Shown here: positions 26,144 to 35,440 of the stretch, piece after piece
Position numbering within the stretch: the first letter of the stretch is position 1
Layout of the letters: each line of letters starts with the position of its first letter
NCBI GenBank assembly: GCA_964559155.1
Contig: CAZLHA010000002.1
Span: 1 to 40,597 of the forward strand
Reading direction: 5' to 3'
Source of the DNA: an uncultured Candidatus Bathyarchaeia archaeon
GTDB taxonomy: Archaea > Thermoproteota > Bathyarchaeia > TCS64
Length of the DNA stretch: 40,597 bases
Translations under genes and position numbers: made by a program
Notes under the pieces: model-generated
Database searches by the model: none
The model's input: only the letters and a program-made list of their open reading frames with translations
Told to the model about the DNA's origin: nothing

Positions 26144-27121
26144 TTAATACCTGAGCTGTTTATCCACCAAGTTGATAGGTGTCTTACCTTCCTGGACTCG
26201 TTTAATGTTCTCCACCATGATCTCCAGTGATGCATCGCTCTGATGATCAGTAAACACGATATTATGTGGAGTACAGATGACGTTATCCAGTTCCCAGAAA
26301 GGATACGCTGAAGGCGGCTTATCCTCAGTATTCCACAGAGGGTCCCAAAAGTGAGGCTGCCACCAGACATCTAATGCAGCTCCAGCGAGGTGACCATCTT
26401 TCAAGGCCTCGTAAAGTGGTCTCTCTTGTACAATTGCTCCCCGAGCCACGTTCACTATATACGAGCCCTTTTTCATCGCTCTAATCTCTTTTTCACCAAT
26501 TAACCCCTTAGTCTCTGGTGTTAATGGTAAGGTAATCACCAAGAAGTCGGATTCACGCATTAAATGCTCCAGATCGTCTTGGCCACCGAGCCACTCTAAA
26601 CCTAGCTCATCTCTTAGCTTCTCATCCCGTTTCCTCCTAGTAGCGATAACCTCCATTCCCAGGCCCTTAAGCATCTTTGCAACCTCAACACCTATGGAGC
26701 CCATGCCTAGAATCCCCGCTGTCATTCCGTGAAACAGTACTCCTCTTTTATCCCCCCGCCCCTCTAGGAACCTACTATGCCTTGGCACGATTCTCTTAGC
26801 CAGTGCCAGTAGAAGGGCTACTGCTCCCTCAGCCAATGGCAACGGGTTACTTCCACTGGTGTTAGCCATATAGGTCTCAGGCCTCAAGGCATCGAAAGGC
26901 ATATCGTCAACCCCCGCCCCGGTCTTCTGGAGTAGCTTAATCTTCGATGCGTTCTCCGCTACAATAGGTGATAACCGTGTTGAGACTATAACATCCACAT
27001 CTCTCGCTAATTCAACCAATTCCTCATCAGTACCCTTCTCCGGGTAGACTACATCAACATCATCAGGTAAACGCTCCTGTATACGCTCCGCGAGCCCCTT
27101 GTAAACCACTAAAACCTTCAT
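26144..27121 (-). CDS. D-isomer-specific 2-hydroxyacid dehydrogenase family (glyoxylate/hydroxypyruvate reductase or PGDH-like)
   Basis: 325 aa. NAD-binding GILGMGSIGVEVA; catalytic-region motifs VNVARG and the PH near the C-terminus (CTPHN). Confidence 0.8.
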   Translation of the reverse strand: MKVLVVYKGLAERIQERLPDDVDVVYPEKGTDEELVELARDVDVIVSTRLSPIVAENASKIKLLQKTGAGVDDMPFDALRPETYMANTSGSNPLPLAEGAVALLLALAKRIVPRHSRFLEGRGDKRGVLFHGMTAGILGMGSIGVEVAKMLKGLGMEVIATRRKRDEKLRDELGLEWLGGQDDLEHLMRESDFLVITLPLTPETKGLIGEKEIRAMKKGSYIVNVARGAIVQERPLYEALKDGHLAGAALDVWWQPHFWDPLWNTEDKPPSAYPFWELDNVICTPHNIVFTDHQSDASLEIMVENIKRVQEGKTPINLVDKQLRY

Positions 27122-27196
27122 AGTACTGAGTCTGGAACGGCATCCTTTAGCCGTTACGAGTCCAAACAGTTTACCTTTTTATACAGGATTCCTACT

Positions 27197-28648
27197 ATGC
27201 CGTGGTCAACCAGTATGGTCAGTAAGGCAACAAGGAAGATGCATGAGATCGGCTATGTTCCCCCGCGGGAATCATGGACCCCCGTTGATGAAGCCCTGTA
27301 CGGAGTGGAGACACTATTCCAGCTCCCCATAGAAAAAGCGGATAAGCTGAGACTCCAAGCGATCAAATATGCATTCAACTACTGGTACGAGAACAGCAAA
27401 TGGTATCATATTTACTGCAACGAATTCGATTTCAAACCAAGCCAGCTACAGACAGGTGACGACCTAGCCAAAGTACCTCTAATAAGCCACAGATTCTTCA
27501 AAGCCTACTTGGAGGGACAAGAGTTCGTCAACTGGCTCCTGAGCATAAGCATCAACAAGGTGGAGAAACCTGATATCACTAAGAAGAATCCCAGTATGGA
27601 TGAACTCATTGATGTATTCAGCGAGAAAGGCTTGAGCCCGGTCTACAGCAGCGGAACCAGTGGAAGATTCAGCTTCATACCGAAAGACCAGAAAACATAC
27701 ATGCGTAGCCAGTACGCCCTGGGGAAGATGGGTATCAGCGAGATGCTGGAACACTGGTACGATGAGTCAGCTTATGCTTACCTCTGTGGACCAAACCCGT
27801 CAAAGACCAACATGTGGGTTGGTAAAGTGGTCAAATTAATGGATGATGTCTACACTGATGTCCAGTACGCCATAGATAGGGAGATCACAACCCAACTTAT
27901 GCGCATCAGCAACGGCGATATACGTGGCCTCAGCGATGCTGTCATGGCCGCGGCAATGCAGCTATTGGGCACCACACGCAAGATCACGGGCAATGTAATC
28001 AAGTGGCTAGAGGAACGGGATAAATCCGGAGACAGAGTATTCATAGCAGAAGCCCCCTTCATTATGCAGAGGGTCTTCGATAAACTGGAGGAAGATGGAA
28101 GAACCTTCGATTTCGGTGAACGAGGCGCCATCATCACAGGTGGGGGCTGGAAGCTCCACGACACAGAGGAGATACCCCTAGAAGAGTTCAGAGATAAAGC
28201 TGAGCGTGTACTGGGGATTCCCCATGAGAACAACATCGACCTTTACACCATGGTGGAGAGTAACTGGCACGCCATCCAATGCCCAGAAGGACACTACCTG
28301 CACCTACCGCCAACCCTAGTCCACCCAATGATACTTGACGAGAACAATCAGCCACTAGAATACGGTGAGACTGGTAGATTCGCGTTCATAGACCCGCTCG
28401 CAAACAGTTACCCTGGAGCCATCATCACAGGTGACATGGTTACATTACTGGAAGAATGTCCAGTATGTGGAAGAAACGGTCCAGTACTGGAGCCCAATGT
28501 TCGCAGAATGAGCGGCGAAGAAATACGAGGATGCGCCGAGGAGATGCGCCGATTGATGGATGATCAGACACCAGAGCTACTCCACGACCTAGTATGCACG
28601 CCAGACCGTGCACGGATGCCCATGATGATACTGGATAAAGAAGACTAG
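27197..28648 (+). CDS. LuxE-like acyl-protein synthetase / adenylate-forming enzyme with N-terminal extension
   Basis: 483 aa. The P-loop-like YSSGTSGRFSFIP and IITGGGWK motifs match my recollection of the LuxE / PaaK-F390 synthetase class. A CPVCG motif lies near the C-terminus. Confidence 0.55.
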   Translation: MPWSTSMVSKATRKMHEIGYVPPRESWTPVDEALYGVETLFQLPIEKADKLRLQAIKYAFNYWYENSKWYHIYCNEFDFKPSQLQTGDDLAKVPLISHRFFKAYLEGQEFVNWLLSISINKVEKPDITKKNPSMDELIDVFSEKGLSPVYSSGTSGRFSFIPKDQKTYMRSQYALGKMGISEMLEHWYDESAYAYLCGPNPSKTNMWVGKVVKLMDDVYTDVQYAIDREITTQLMRISNGDIRGLSDAVMAAAMQLLGTTRKITGNVIKWLEERDKSGDRVFIAEAPFIMQRVFDKLEEDGRTFDFGERGAIITGGGWKLHDTEEIPLEEFRDKAERVLGIPHENNIDLYTMVESNWHAIQCPEGHYLHLPPTLVHPMILDENNQPLEYGETGRFAFIDPLANSYPGAIITGDMVTLLEECPVCGRNGPVLEPNVRRMSGEEIRGCAEEMRRLMDDQTPELLHDLVCTPDRARMPMMILDKED

Positions 28649-29862
28649 GCTAATCCCTGTTCTTTTTGCCACTTATCTTTATTTCTTATACATCCGCTGT
28701 CAGCGGCCATAGGCTCACCGATATAGTTAATGGCGCGAGCCCTGCAACCACCGCAAAGGTACCTGAACTGGCATGAGCCGCAGTTATCCTCCAAGGCGTC
28801 TCGATCAGTGAAACAAGGATACGTAGCGAAGCGTTCCCAGATATCCCAGAAAGGTTCTTCACGGATATTGCCCTCAATCCAGCTCTTGATGAACATACAT
28901 GGGCTAATGTCTCCATTTGGCTGGATACATACAAACTGGCGACCCGCACCACAGCCCTGTAAGGACTCTAGAGGAACTGTTTGGTGTTTGTCGCTCATTG
29001 TGTTATAATGTGTTGGACTCTGAACGTAGAACTGCTCGCTCTTCTGCGCTTTTGTCTCCACATAGAGCCTGTCAGGTTCAAGATACTTACCGAGGCTGCC
29101 CTCTAGACACGCTCTACCATACTGGGGTGCTGTACTAAGTACCTCTAGTCCAATTGTTCTGCGGCGTTTGAAGAGCTTGCTGAGCACCATCTCACGTTCC
29201 TCTGGACTAATATCGTTCTCCGCGTATTCTTTTCCCCTACCCGTTGGTACGAAGTTGAAGTGTATAAACCTCTGTGCCCCCAGCTCAGCCGCCAAGTCCA
29301 GCATTGCATCAACCTCGTCGACAGTCTCTTTCGTGAAAACTGTGGCTACAGATGTAAATATTCCAGCCTCTACACAATTCTTTATTCCTTTAACTGTCTT
29401 CTCCCAGCAGCCTTTGGCTCCCCTGAACTCATCATGCTTCTCAGGGTCTACGCTGTCTAAGCTAATCTCGATATAAGCTAACCCGTGTTCCTTGAGCTTG
29501 GCCGCGAAATCCTTGGTGAGCATTGTTCCGTTGGTGGCGGTAGCTACATGCATGCCCTTGGATACCATATAATCCAGCACAGTGAAATAGTCAGGATGAA
29601 TCAACGGTTCACCACCACTAATCATGGGGACTTTTACACCCGCATCCTCCATGGTGTCAACGAAATTGATTTTCTCCTCCAGCGTCAACTCATCCGGTGT
29701 CCCCGATGCTTTCGCATCCTGATAACAGTGTTTACAGTTGAGGTTGCACATATTGGTAAAGTTCCAGACCACCATGTACGGTATCCTGTTTGGCTTATCC
29801 TGTGGTTTCCCGATATGTCTTATCTTTTTACCCAACTGGTCTACGATAGATCTTATAGCCAA
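28645..29862 (-). CDS. radical SAM / SPASM-domain enzyme (NirJ/AhbC/AhbD-like)
   Basis: 405 aa. CNLNCKHCYQ (CX3CX2C), SGGEPL, TNGT, FNFVPTGRG. The C-terminal auxiliary-cluster cysteines are CGAG...CIQPNGDISPC...CGSCQFRYLCGGCRARA. Confidence 0.8.
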   Translation of the reverse strand: MAIRSIVDQLGKKIRHIGKPQDKPNRIPYMVVWNFTNMCNLNCKHCYQDAKASGTPDELTLEEKINFVDTMEDAGVKVPMISGGEPLIHPDYFTVLDYMVSKGMHVATATNGTMLTKDFAAKLKEHGLAYIEISLDSVDPEKHDEFRGAKGCWEKTVKGIKNCVEAGIFTSVATVFTKETVDEVDAMLDLAAELGAQRFIHFNFVPTGRGKEYAENDISPEEREMVLSKLFKRRRTIGLEVLSTAPQYGRACLEGSLGKYLEPDRLYVETKAQKSEQFYVQSPTHYNTMSDKHQTVPLESLQGCGAGRQFVCIQPNGDISPCMFIKSWIEGNIREEPFWDIWERFATYPCFTDRDALEDNCGSCQFRYLCGGCRARAINYIGEPMAADSGCIRNKDKWQKEQGLA

Positions 29863-29958
29863 GATTGTTCGCCTAGATTATCTCCATAGTCATAATGGTC
29901 TGCTTTAAACACTTCATAAGCTATTTCCCAAGAAAACTAAATTGTAGCCAATTCTTCT

Positions 29959-31380
29959 TTAGTTAACGCTATATTTTATATCCGCGTTAACGACTATTGA
30001 ATTCTTTAGCTGGGTAACCGACTGAATATCCAGATCAAGTAGTAGATCACTCCCTTCCAACTGATGCCTAATAATGGAAGGAGTTAACGGAATTCTAGGA
30101 AAACTCTCCAACACCTCTTTCTCGATGCTACGTTCTAGCCGCTTCATCACTCGTCTAGGCAGCCTCCAGTCTAACCCCACATCAAGATCAAAGCCATTAA
30201 TCTCCACTAATAGATGCTGCTCTTCATCTACAACAATACCTAACTCCGCGTTAACAAGCTCTATACGCTTCTGACGCGTATTATATCTCAGGGTATTAAA
30301 AATTCGTCGACTTCTGCCTACCACCTTGTCGTCTTCCCATGGAGTAAATATGTCAGGAATGGGCCCGCTGGTATCAAATTCAAGGGCTGCGTCCAGTTCG
30401 ATACGTAACACAGCGGATAAATCCACAACGGCCTCGGCTTCAAGCTTAATATTATCTTCCTCCAGGATTAATACTGGTTTATGGACCTCAATAACTCCAG
30501 AATAGTCTAACCAAATATTGATAAGATCCCAGTCAAGCTCCACGAAGCCAAGGGTGAAGAGTTTAGGGAATAACTCAATACTATAATTTGAGAAGTAATC
30601 AATCAACTCACCAATATCATTTATCTTGTTTCTACCCGTAAACCCCTGTCTTTTAGGATAAGTTGTCCTCTCCCACCAGAACTCTAGAACCTTTTTCATT
30701 GCTGAATCAGAGACTGCAACCGCTAAATCATTTCTCAGGTTTATGCTCTCCTGACTTGTCTTGACTCCATCTCCAGGTAATTGAATATCAAATGCGACAG
30801 ATACTTTGTCATGATCAAGTACTTCGACTTTACCGAAGCCAAGGGGTAGAAGGTTCTCCTTACCTGGGGGCATCTCAGGGAGGTCTAGTTTCCCAGCGAT
30901 AGGTGAAACAGGTATAACATCTAGGTCATCCAATCCTTTTCTGATAACCCCCCGAATAATATCATTAATGGAGTTCACTAAAAAACGGGGTAATTCTATC
31001 GACTTGAGTAATTTTACCTCGTCTAGTCTTATTTCCTGTATTTTTAGTTCAAGTTGATTTGATGCCCTGTTATAGGTTGGTCTACTCATGATTCTTCCTG
31101 AGGTACGGGTTTTTACTTGGATGATGTTAAAGCTGATTTTTAGCCCTGCATTAAAGAATATTTTTATTTTTCTGCTTGTCAGGGCATCTACTCTTAATGG
31201 TTCTGTTAGTGTGATCTCATAGTAGAGTTTCTGGTATTCTTTTAGTATTTCTGGTGTGTCTAACAGGTATATTCCCTGGATGATACCCGGTATTATTTTC
31301 TCTTTCTGCATATTTTCTAGAGACCTGTTGATGAAACCCTCAGACGCCTCTACAATTATATCGTACCCTAATTTACTCAA
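29959..31380 (-). CDS. cytosolic 473-aa protein with internal duplication; tentative BPI/LBP/CETP-like (TULIP) two-lobe architecture
   Basis: No signal peptide or TM segment. Both halves open with the same motif (res 7-22 DIIVEASEGFINRSLE; res 218-233 DLAVAVSDSAMKKVLE). The length and several segments parallel my recollection of BPI. The product call is speculative. Confidence 0.45.
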   Translation of the reverse strand: MSKLGYDIIVEASEGFINRSLENMQKEKIIPGIIQGIYLLDTPEILKEYQKLYYEITLTEPLRVDALTSRKIKIFFNAGLKISFNIIQVKTRTSGRIMSRPTYNRASNQLELKIQEIRLDEVKLLKSIELPRFLVNSINDIIRGVIRKGLDDLDVIPVSPIAGKLDLPEMPPGKENLLPLGFGKVEVLDHDKVSVAFDIQLPGDGVKTSQESINLRNDLAVAVSDSAMKKVLEFWWERTTYPKRQGFTGRNKINDIGELIDYFSNYSIELFPKLFTLGFVELDWDLINIWLDYSGVIEVHKPVLILEEDNIKLEAEAVVDLSAVLRIELDAALEFDTSGPIPDIFTPWEDDKVVGRSRRIFNTLRYNTRQKRIELVNAELGIVVDEEQHLLVEINGFDLDVGLDWRLPRRVMKRLERSIEKEVLESFPRIPLTPSIIRHQLEGSDLLLDLDIQSVTQLKNSIVVNADIKYSVN

Positions 31381-31463
31381 TATTTACAAATATTTCTTTG
31401 AGGTAACCTGATAAGAACCTTAGCTAGAATAACTCAAACTCATTTTGATTACTCTTATTCTTA

Positions 31464-31772
31464 TCAGATTATATTATCTACGAGGCTCCATGAATCATCT
31501 TTAACGATAAAACCCCAGAAAGATGTGTACTTGTTACACCTTGCATATTTTTTGAGTTTCTCAAGAGTGTCCCTGGATTTTATGTAATCCCTTTTCTCTT
31601 TCACCACTATAATACGTTCTAGGTTATCCTCTCTGGCAAATATCTCCGGCTTAACCCTGTTAAACTCGGGCATCCTCTCTGGGTTCTCCATTATATTTAT
31701 CACAGTGAAACCTTCGAGACGGAGGCGATCACTATAATTCTTAATGAAGTGTCGATAGTACTCTGAGCTCAT
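31464..31772 (-). CDS. hypothetical 102-aa protein
   Basis: Clean ORF on the same strand, 83 nt upstream of the 473-aa gene. Mixed alpha/beta pattern, no canonical catalytic motif recognised. Confidence 0.4.
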   Translation of the reverse strand: MSSEYYRHFIKNYSDRLRLEGFTVINIMENPERMPEFNRVKPEIFAREDNLERIIVVKEKRDYIKSRDTLEKLKKYARCNKYTSFWGFIVKDDSWSLVDNII

Positions 31773-32045
31773 AGGATCCAGGGGAATAATGTTGTGTTGT
31801 TATATGAAGAACAGCTTAGAACATTCTGGAACGATCGTTCAAGATGAATAAGTAACCTGTTTAACGTCTCAAAATGGTTGATATCAGTTTCCCTGTGACC
31901 AGACCCATATAGATGTCCTTTAATTCATTCATACTTTCTTCCCGGTTCTATCTATGACCGTATTCCTAGGATAAAATGTTCAATAACCGAGAGCTGAGTA
32001 CCCTCGGGGGAAAAGATAATAATCCTGGAAACTATCCCTCTCACC

Positions 32046-32483
32046 ATGCCTAAACTCGACCTAGATAAACTCGATAAACGTAGCTATAACCTTGGTATGA
32101 TCTACGCTTTCTCTGAGGTGGTGGGAAGCGGTGTTAAACGTCTGGGGCTTAGTCCTCCCCTCTCCACGGAAGAATATAATGCGATAATAGATGATGTAAG
32201 GCTCGTCGCAGAGGAATACGGAGTCACCTTACATACAGATAACGATTTCTTAGAGACATTACTCTTCAACCCGGACTTTACCAGAAACAAGATAGTTATC
32301 CATCTAGCAGACTCCAAGGAGACACTGAAGGAGTACCTACAGTTAAAAGAACAGAAAAAAACACTGATAGAGCACGACGAACTAACGAAGGAGAAGGAAG
32401 AAGAGATCGCCAGATCCTTAGGATCTTTACTCAGCTATAGCAAAGAAACCGTAGATGATCTATTGACTAATCCCAGATTCTGA
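32046..32483 (+). CDS. hypothetical 145-aa protein
   Basis: Clean ORF with a charged helical C-terminal half. No family recognised. Confidence 0.4.
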   Translation: MPKLDLDKLDKRSYNLGMIYAFSEVVGSGVKRLGLSPPLSTEEYNAIIDDVRLVAEEYGVTLHTDNDFLETLLFNPDFTRNKIVIHLADSKETLKEYLQLKEQKKTLIEHDELTKEKEEEIARSLGSLLSYSKETVDDLLTNPRF

Positions 32484-32499
32484 TCCCTAACTTTATTCT

Positions 32500-32820
32500 C
32501 TAGTCCATTCGTTCTAGTTTAAATATTACAGGTCTTAATCCATCGGTGCAGCATCTAATCATCTCCTTCTCCCCCAGCCATGGATAGAAGCTACCTCCAT
32601 GATGCAGGACCCTAACATATTCAAGAATATCATGCCAAGCACTAGGGCAGAACCCTTCGGGAGGTGTACCCATACTCTCCGCAAAGAAAGTTTGCCCCTC
32701 TTTGAATACTGGGCATGCTACATGAGGGACGTTATTCTCCGTATTAACGGGAACCTGTTCATAGATCATTGAAGGCTCTATACATTTTAGCACAGTAATC
32801 TTTACTTTATGTTGAACCAT
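32500..32820 (-). CDS. TIGR04076-like small Cys-containing protein
   Basis: 106 aa. CPVFKEGQTF...PEGFCPSAWHDI...IRCCTDGLRPVIFKLER matches my recollection of the TIGR04076 family signature. Confidence 0.5.
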   Translation of the reverse strand: MVQHKVKITVLKCIEPSMIYEQVPVNTENNVPHVACPVFKEGQTFFAESMGTPPEGFCPSAWHDILEYVRVLHHGGSFYPWLGEKEMIRCCTDGLRPVIFKLERMD

Positions 32821-33034
32821 TATTATTCCTTCTTTAATCTCTCTAACTTAAACATTAATGGTTTACTCTTATGATCAAATCAACTAGGTTTTAGTCATAG
32901 TTGAAAGAGTTTATGCTCTTTGGTTGTATATACTTAGCTTTCTTACTGTTTCTTCAGTAGAGTATCTAAACCATATATACTGTATAGGTATAATTGATAA
33001 TAACGATTCAAACCACTACATAATAGGATACAGA

Positions 33035-33412
33035 ATGGTTGAATTACCCGAAGCTGCAAGAGAACAAATGAAACCACTCGATGAAGATGAGGAGGTCATA
33101 GGTTCATATGAATGTAGGATAGATTTCATGAGAGGATTCCTCTTATGCACAAACAAGGGAATACAGTTCATACAAGGTGGAGGCAACTATGAAAGATGCT
33201 TCCACAACCAATTCTATGCCCCTTACAGTAAATTAGATGTGGGAGAAGAAGCGAACACCAACCTAGTTCTAACCATCGATGGGGAGGCATACAGAAAAAG
33301 ACTTGAACCAATTGGTGAGCCAATCCAGGTTCTTGAAAACATGTTGAAGTCTTATGTTCGGATACATGAGATGCCTACCCCGTGCATACAGGATATGAGG
33401 ATAAATCACTAG
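33035..33412 (+). CDS. hypothetical protein, possible bacterial-PH/GRAM-like fold
   Basis: Start taken at MVELPEAARE (ATG 33035). EEVIGSYECRIDFMRGFLLCTNKGIQF resembles the PH/GRAM-like 'G.L.lTn..i.F' pattern. Weak. Confidence 0.3.
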   Translation: MVELPEAAREQMKPLDEDEEVIGSYECRIDFMRGFLLCTNKGIQFIQGGGNYERCFHNQFYAPYSKLDVGEEANTNLVLTIDGEAYRKRLEPIGEPIQVLENMLKSYVRIHEMPTPCIQDMRINH

Positions 33413-33462
33413 CATCCATTTTTCTTCATTAATGTTAAATCCCGTCATACATATCCTCACTT

Positions 33463-34158
33463 ATGAAGCCACTTATCGGTATAACCTCAAGATTTAGCAG
33501 TGAAAATAAGAGATATAATCTACCCGATGCCTACGCCAAGGCTATCCAGAGAAACGGTGGAACACCCATAGTAATACCGCCCTTATACGAGGCAGAGTAC
33601 CAGCAATTATACGAGAGTGTAGACGGTGTGCTCTTCACAGGTGGACCAGACGTGGACCCTATACTATACGGGGAGGAGCCCCTACCCAAACAGGGCGGTA
33701 TCGAGCCAATGAGGGATGATTTTGAGTTCAAACTAGCCAAGATAGCCTTGGATGGCCCCAAACCCGTGTTTGGGATATGCAGAGGACTACAGGTCCTGAA
33801 CGCGGCAGCCGGTGGCACATTGATTCAGGATATTGGTAGCCAGATTGATGAGCCGTTGAAGCATCGTCAGGAGGCTAAGGCATGGTATGGCACCCATCAT
33901 GTACGACTTGAACAAGGGTCAACGCTACATAGATTATATGGAAAAGATAAGGTGCTAACTAACACCTTCCATCATCAAGCCTGTAAAGACCCGGCTCCCG
34001 GGTTCACTGCAACAGGGTGGGCTGGGGATAACGTAGTTGAGGTGTTGGAGATTGAATCCGAGCCATGGAAGCTATGCGTCCAGTGGCATCCAGAGCATAT
34101 GGACAATGAAGACATGAACAAGCTCTTCCAGGCTTTCATTCATGCCTGTCAAAAGTAA
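33463..34158 (+). CDS. class I glutamine amidotransferase-like gamma-glutamyl hydrolase (peptidase C26, PuuD-like)
   Basis: 231 aa. Nucleophile-elbow GICRGLQVLN and C-terminal VQWHPE. Confidence 0.8.
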   Translation: MKPLIGITSRFSSENKRYNLPDAYAKAIQRNGGTPIVIPPLYEAEYQQLYESVDGVLFTGGPDVDPILYGEEPLPKQGGIEPMRDDFEFKLAKIALDGPKPVFGICRGLQVLNAAAGGTLIQDIGSQIDEPLKHRQEAKAWYGTHHVRLEQGSTLHRLYGKDKVLTNTFHHQACKDPAPGFTATGWAGDNVVEVLEIESEPWKLCVQWHPEHMDNEDMNKLFQAFIHACQK

Positions 34159-34351
34159 TATACCTCAAATACCTTTTTTTCTTCTGTGAACCTCTGGAAA
34201 TGGGTAAAAAGGATCATCCTACTAGGGGTAATCCTTGTTTCACTATATTATCTGCTACTAATCGTGATCGGTGTATTCGTTTTATTACTGCCTTTCACAA
34301 AATCATAGAGCTGTGGATGGATTATTATAACAATTCCACGAATCATACCCT

Positions 34352-35440
34352 ATGTCTGATCCCGTTTATTTCTGTAAAAAACGGTACAACCACCTCAAGA
34401 ATAAGATGGCTGAGCAGGAGCTAGACCTTGTGTGGCTATATGGTGGACCGGGAATGGGGCCGAGATTCAAACGAATAGCCGACACCACCAGCGGAACCGC
34501 GCTAACCATACCCATAGATGGAAACCCCGCACTGTTCGTCTACAATGTAGACTATAACAGCACAGTGGAGGAGAGCTGGCTACCCGTCAAACTCATCGAG
34601 AATAGAGAAAAAACAGGTGAACATGTAACCGAGTACGCTAATCAACACCTGAAGGACGGATCCAAGATAGGAGTTAATCTAGGCTCACTGAATCACTCCG
34701 ACTATGAGTACTACCGGGAGGAGATGAAAGGAGAGCTAGTAGATATAACCGGCACCATAATACCCGAGGTCTTCTTCGGCCTATACCCTGAGGAAATACG
34801 CTATCAGAGAAAAGCCTCAAAACTAGCAGATATAGGATGCAGCGCAGCGAGAGAAGCTATGGCTGCTGGAGTAAAAGAGACCGAGATAGCGGCTGAGGCT
34901 AATTACGCCATGCAGAGAAATGGAGCCGAGACATTAAGTTTCCAGACAATAATATCAACTGGACCCAGATCAGCTTACAGCCACGGATGGCCTACACCCA
35001 GAGAGTTAAAGAAAAACGAGTTCATGTTAGTAGACTTGGGCCCAACCGTGAGTGGCTATGCAGCTGATGAGACACGTACATATCTCTTGGGGGAAGACTT
35101 GAAGAAAGAGCGGATGCTGAAAGCCATGGATGAAGCAGTTCAGGCAGTCATAGACAATGTCAAACCCGGTGTAAGATGCGTGGAACTGGATAAAATATCT
35201 AGAAAAGTATTGAAGGAACATGGGTTCCCTGATTATCCTCATAGCTTAGGTCATCCATTAAGTGGCTTTCCTGTTCCATCTTTAAGCAAGACCAGCGTCG
35301 ATATATTGAAACCAGGGATGTTATTCACCGTTGAACCTGGAATATATTTACCTGGTTATGGTGGTGTCAGGATGGAGGAAAATGTTGTAGTCACGGAGGA
35401 TGGTTACGAACAACTCACTAAAAACCCCCGACTCCTCTAA
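34352..35440 (+). CDS. M24 family Xaa-Pro aminopeptidase/dipeptidase
   Basis: 362 aa. Creatinase-like N-domain followed by a pita-bread fold with metal ligands (VDLGPTVSGYAADETRT, HSLGH, VEPGIY, VRMEENV). Confidence 0.8.
   Translation: MSDPVYFCKKRYNHLKNKMAEQELDLVWLYGGPGMGPRFKRIADTTSGTALTIPIDGNPALFVYNVDYNSTVEESWLPVKLIENREKTGEHVTEYANQHLKDGSKIGVNLGSLNHSDYEYYREEMKGELVDITGTIIPEVFFGLYPEEIRYQRKASKLADIGCSAAREAMAAGVKETEIAAEANYAMQRNGAETLSFQTIISTGPRSAYSHGWPTPRELKKNEFMLVDLGPTVSGYAADETRTYLLGEDLKKERMLKAMDEAVQAVIDNVKPGVRCVELDKISRKVLKEHGFPDYPHSLGHPLSGFPVPSLSKTSVDILKPGMLFTVEPGIYLPGYGGVRMEENVVVTEDGYEQLTKNPRLL

Noticed and set aside
28686-29889. Multiple 66-134-aa ORFs on both strands inside the radical SAM gene.
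   Set aside because: All overlap a 405-aa ORF that has complete CX3CX2C and SPASM signatures. None has features of its own.
34200-34424. 74-aa ORF upstream of and overlapping the M24 peptidase start.
   Set aside because: It overlaps the well-supported peptidase N-terminus in another frame and has no recognisable features. It is probably part of the promoter/5' region.
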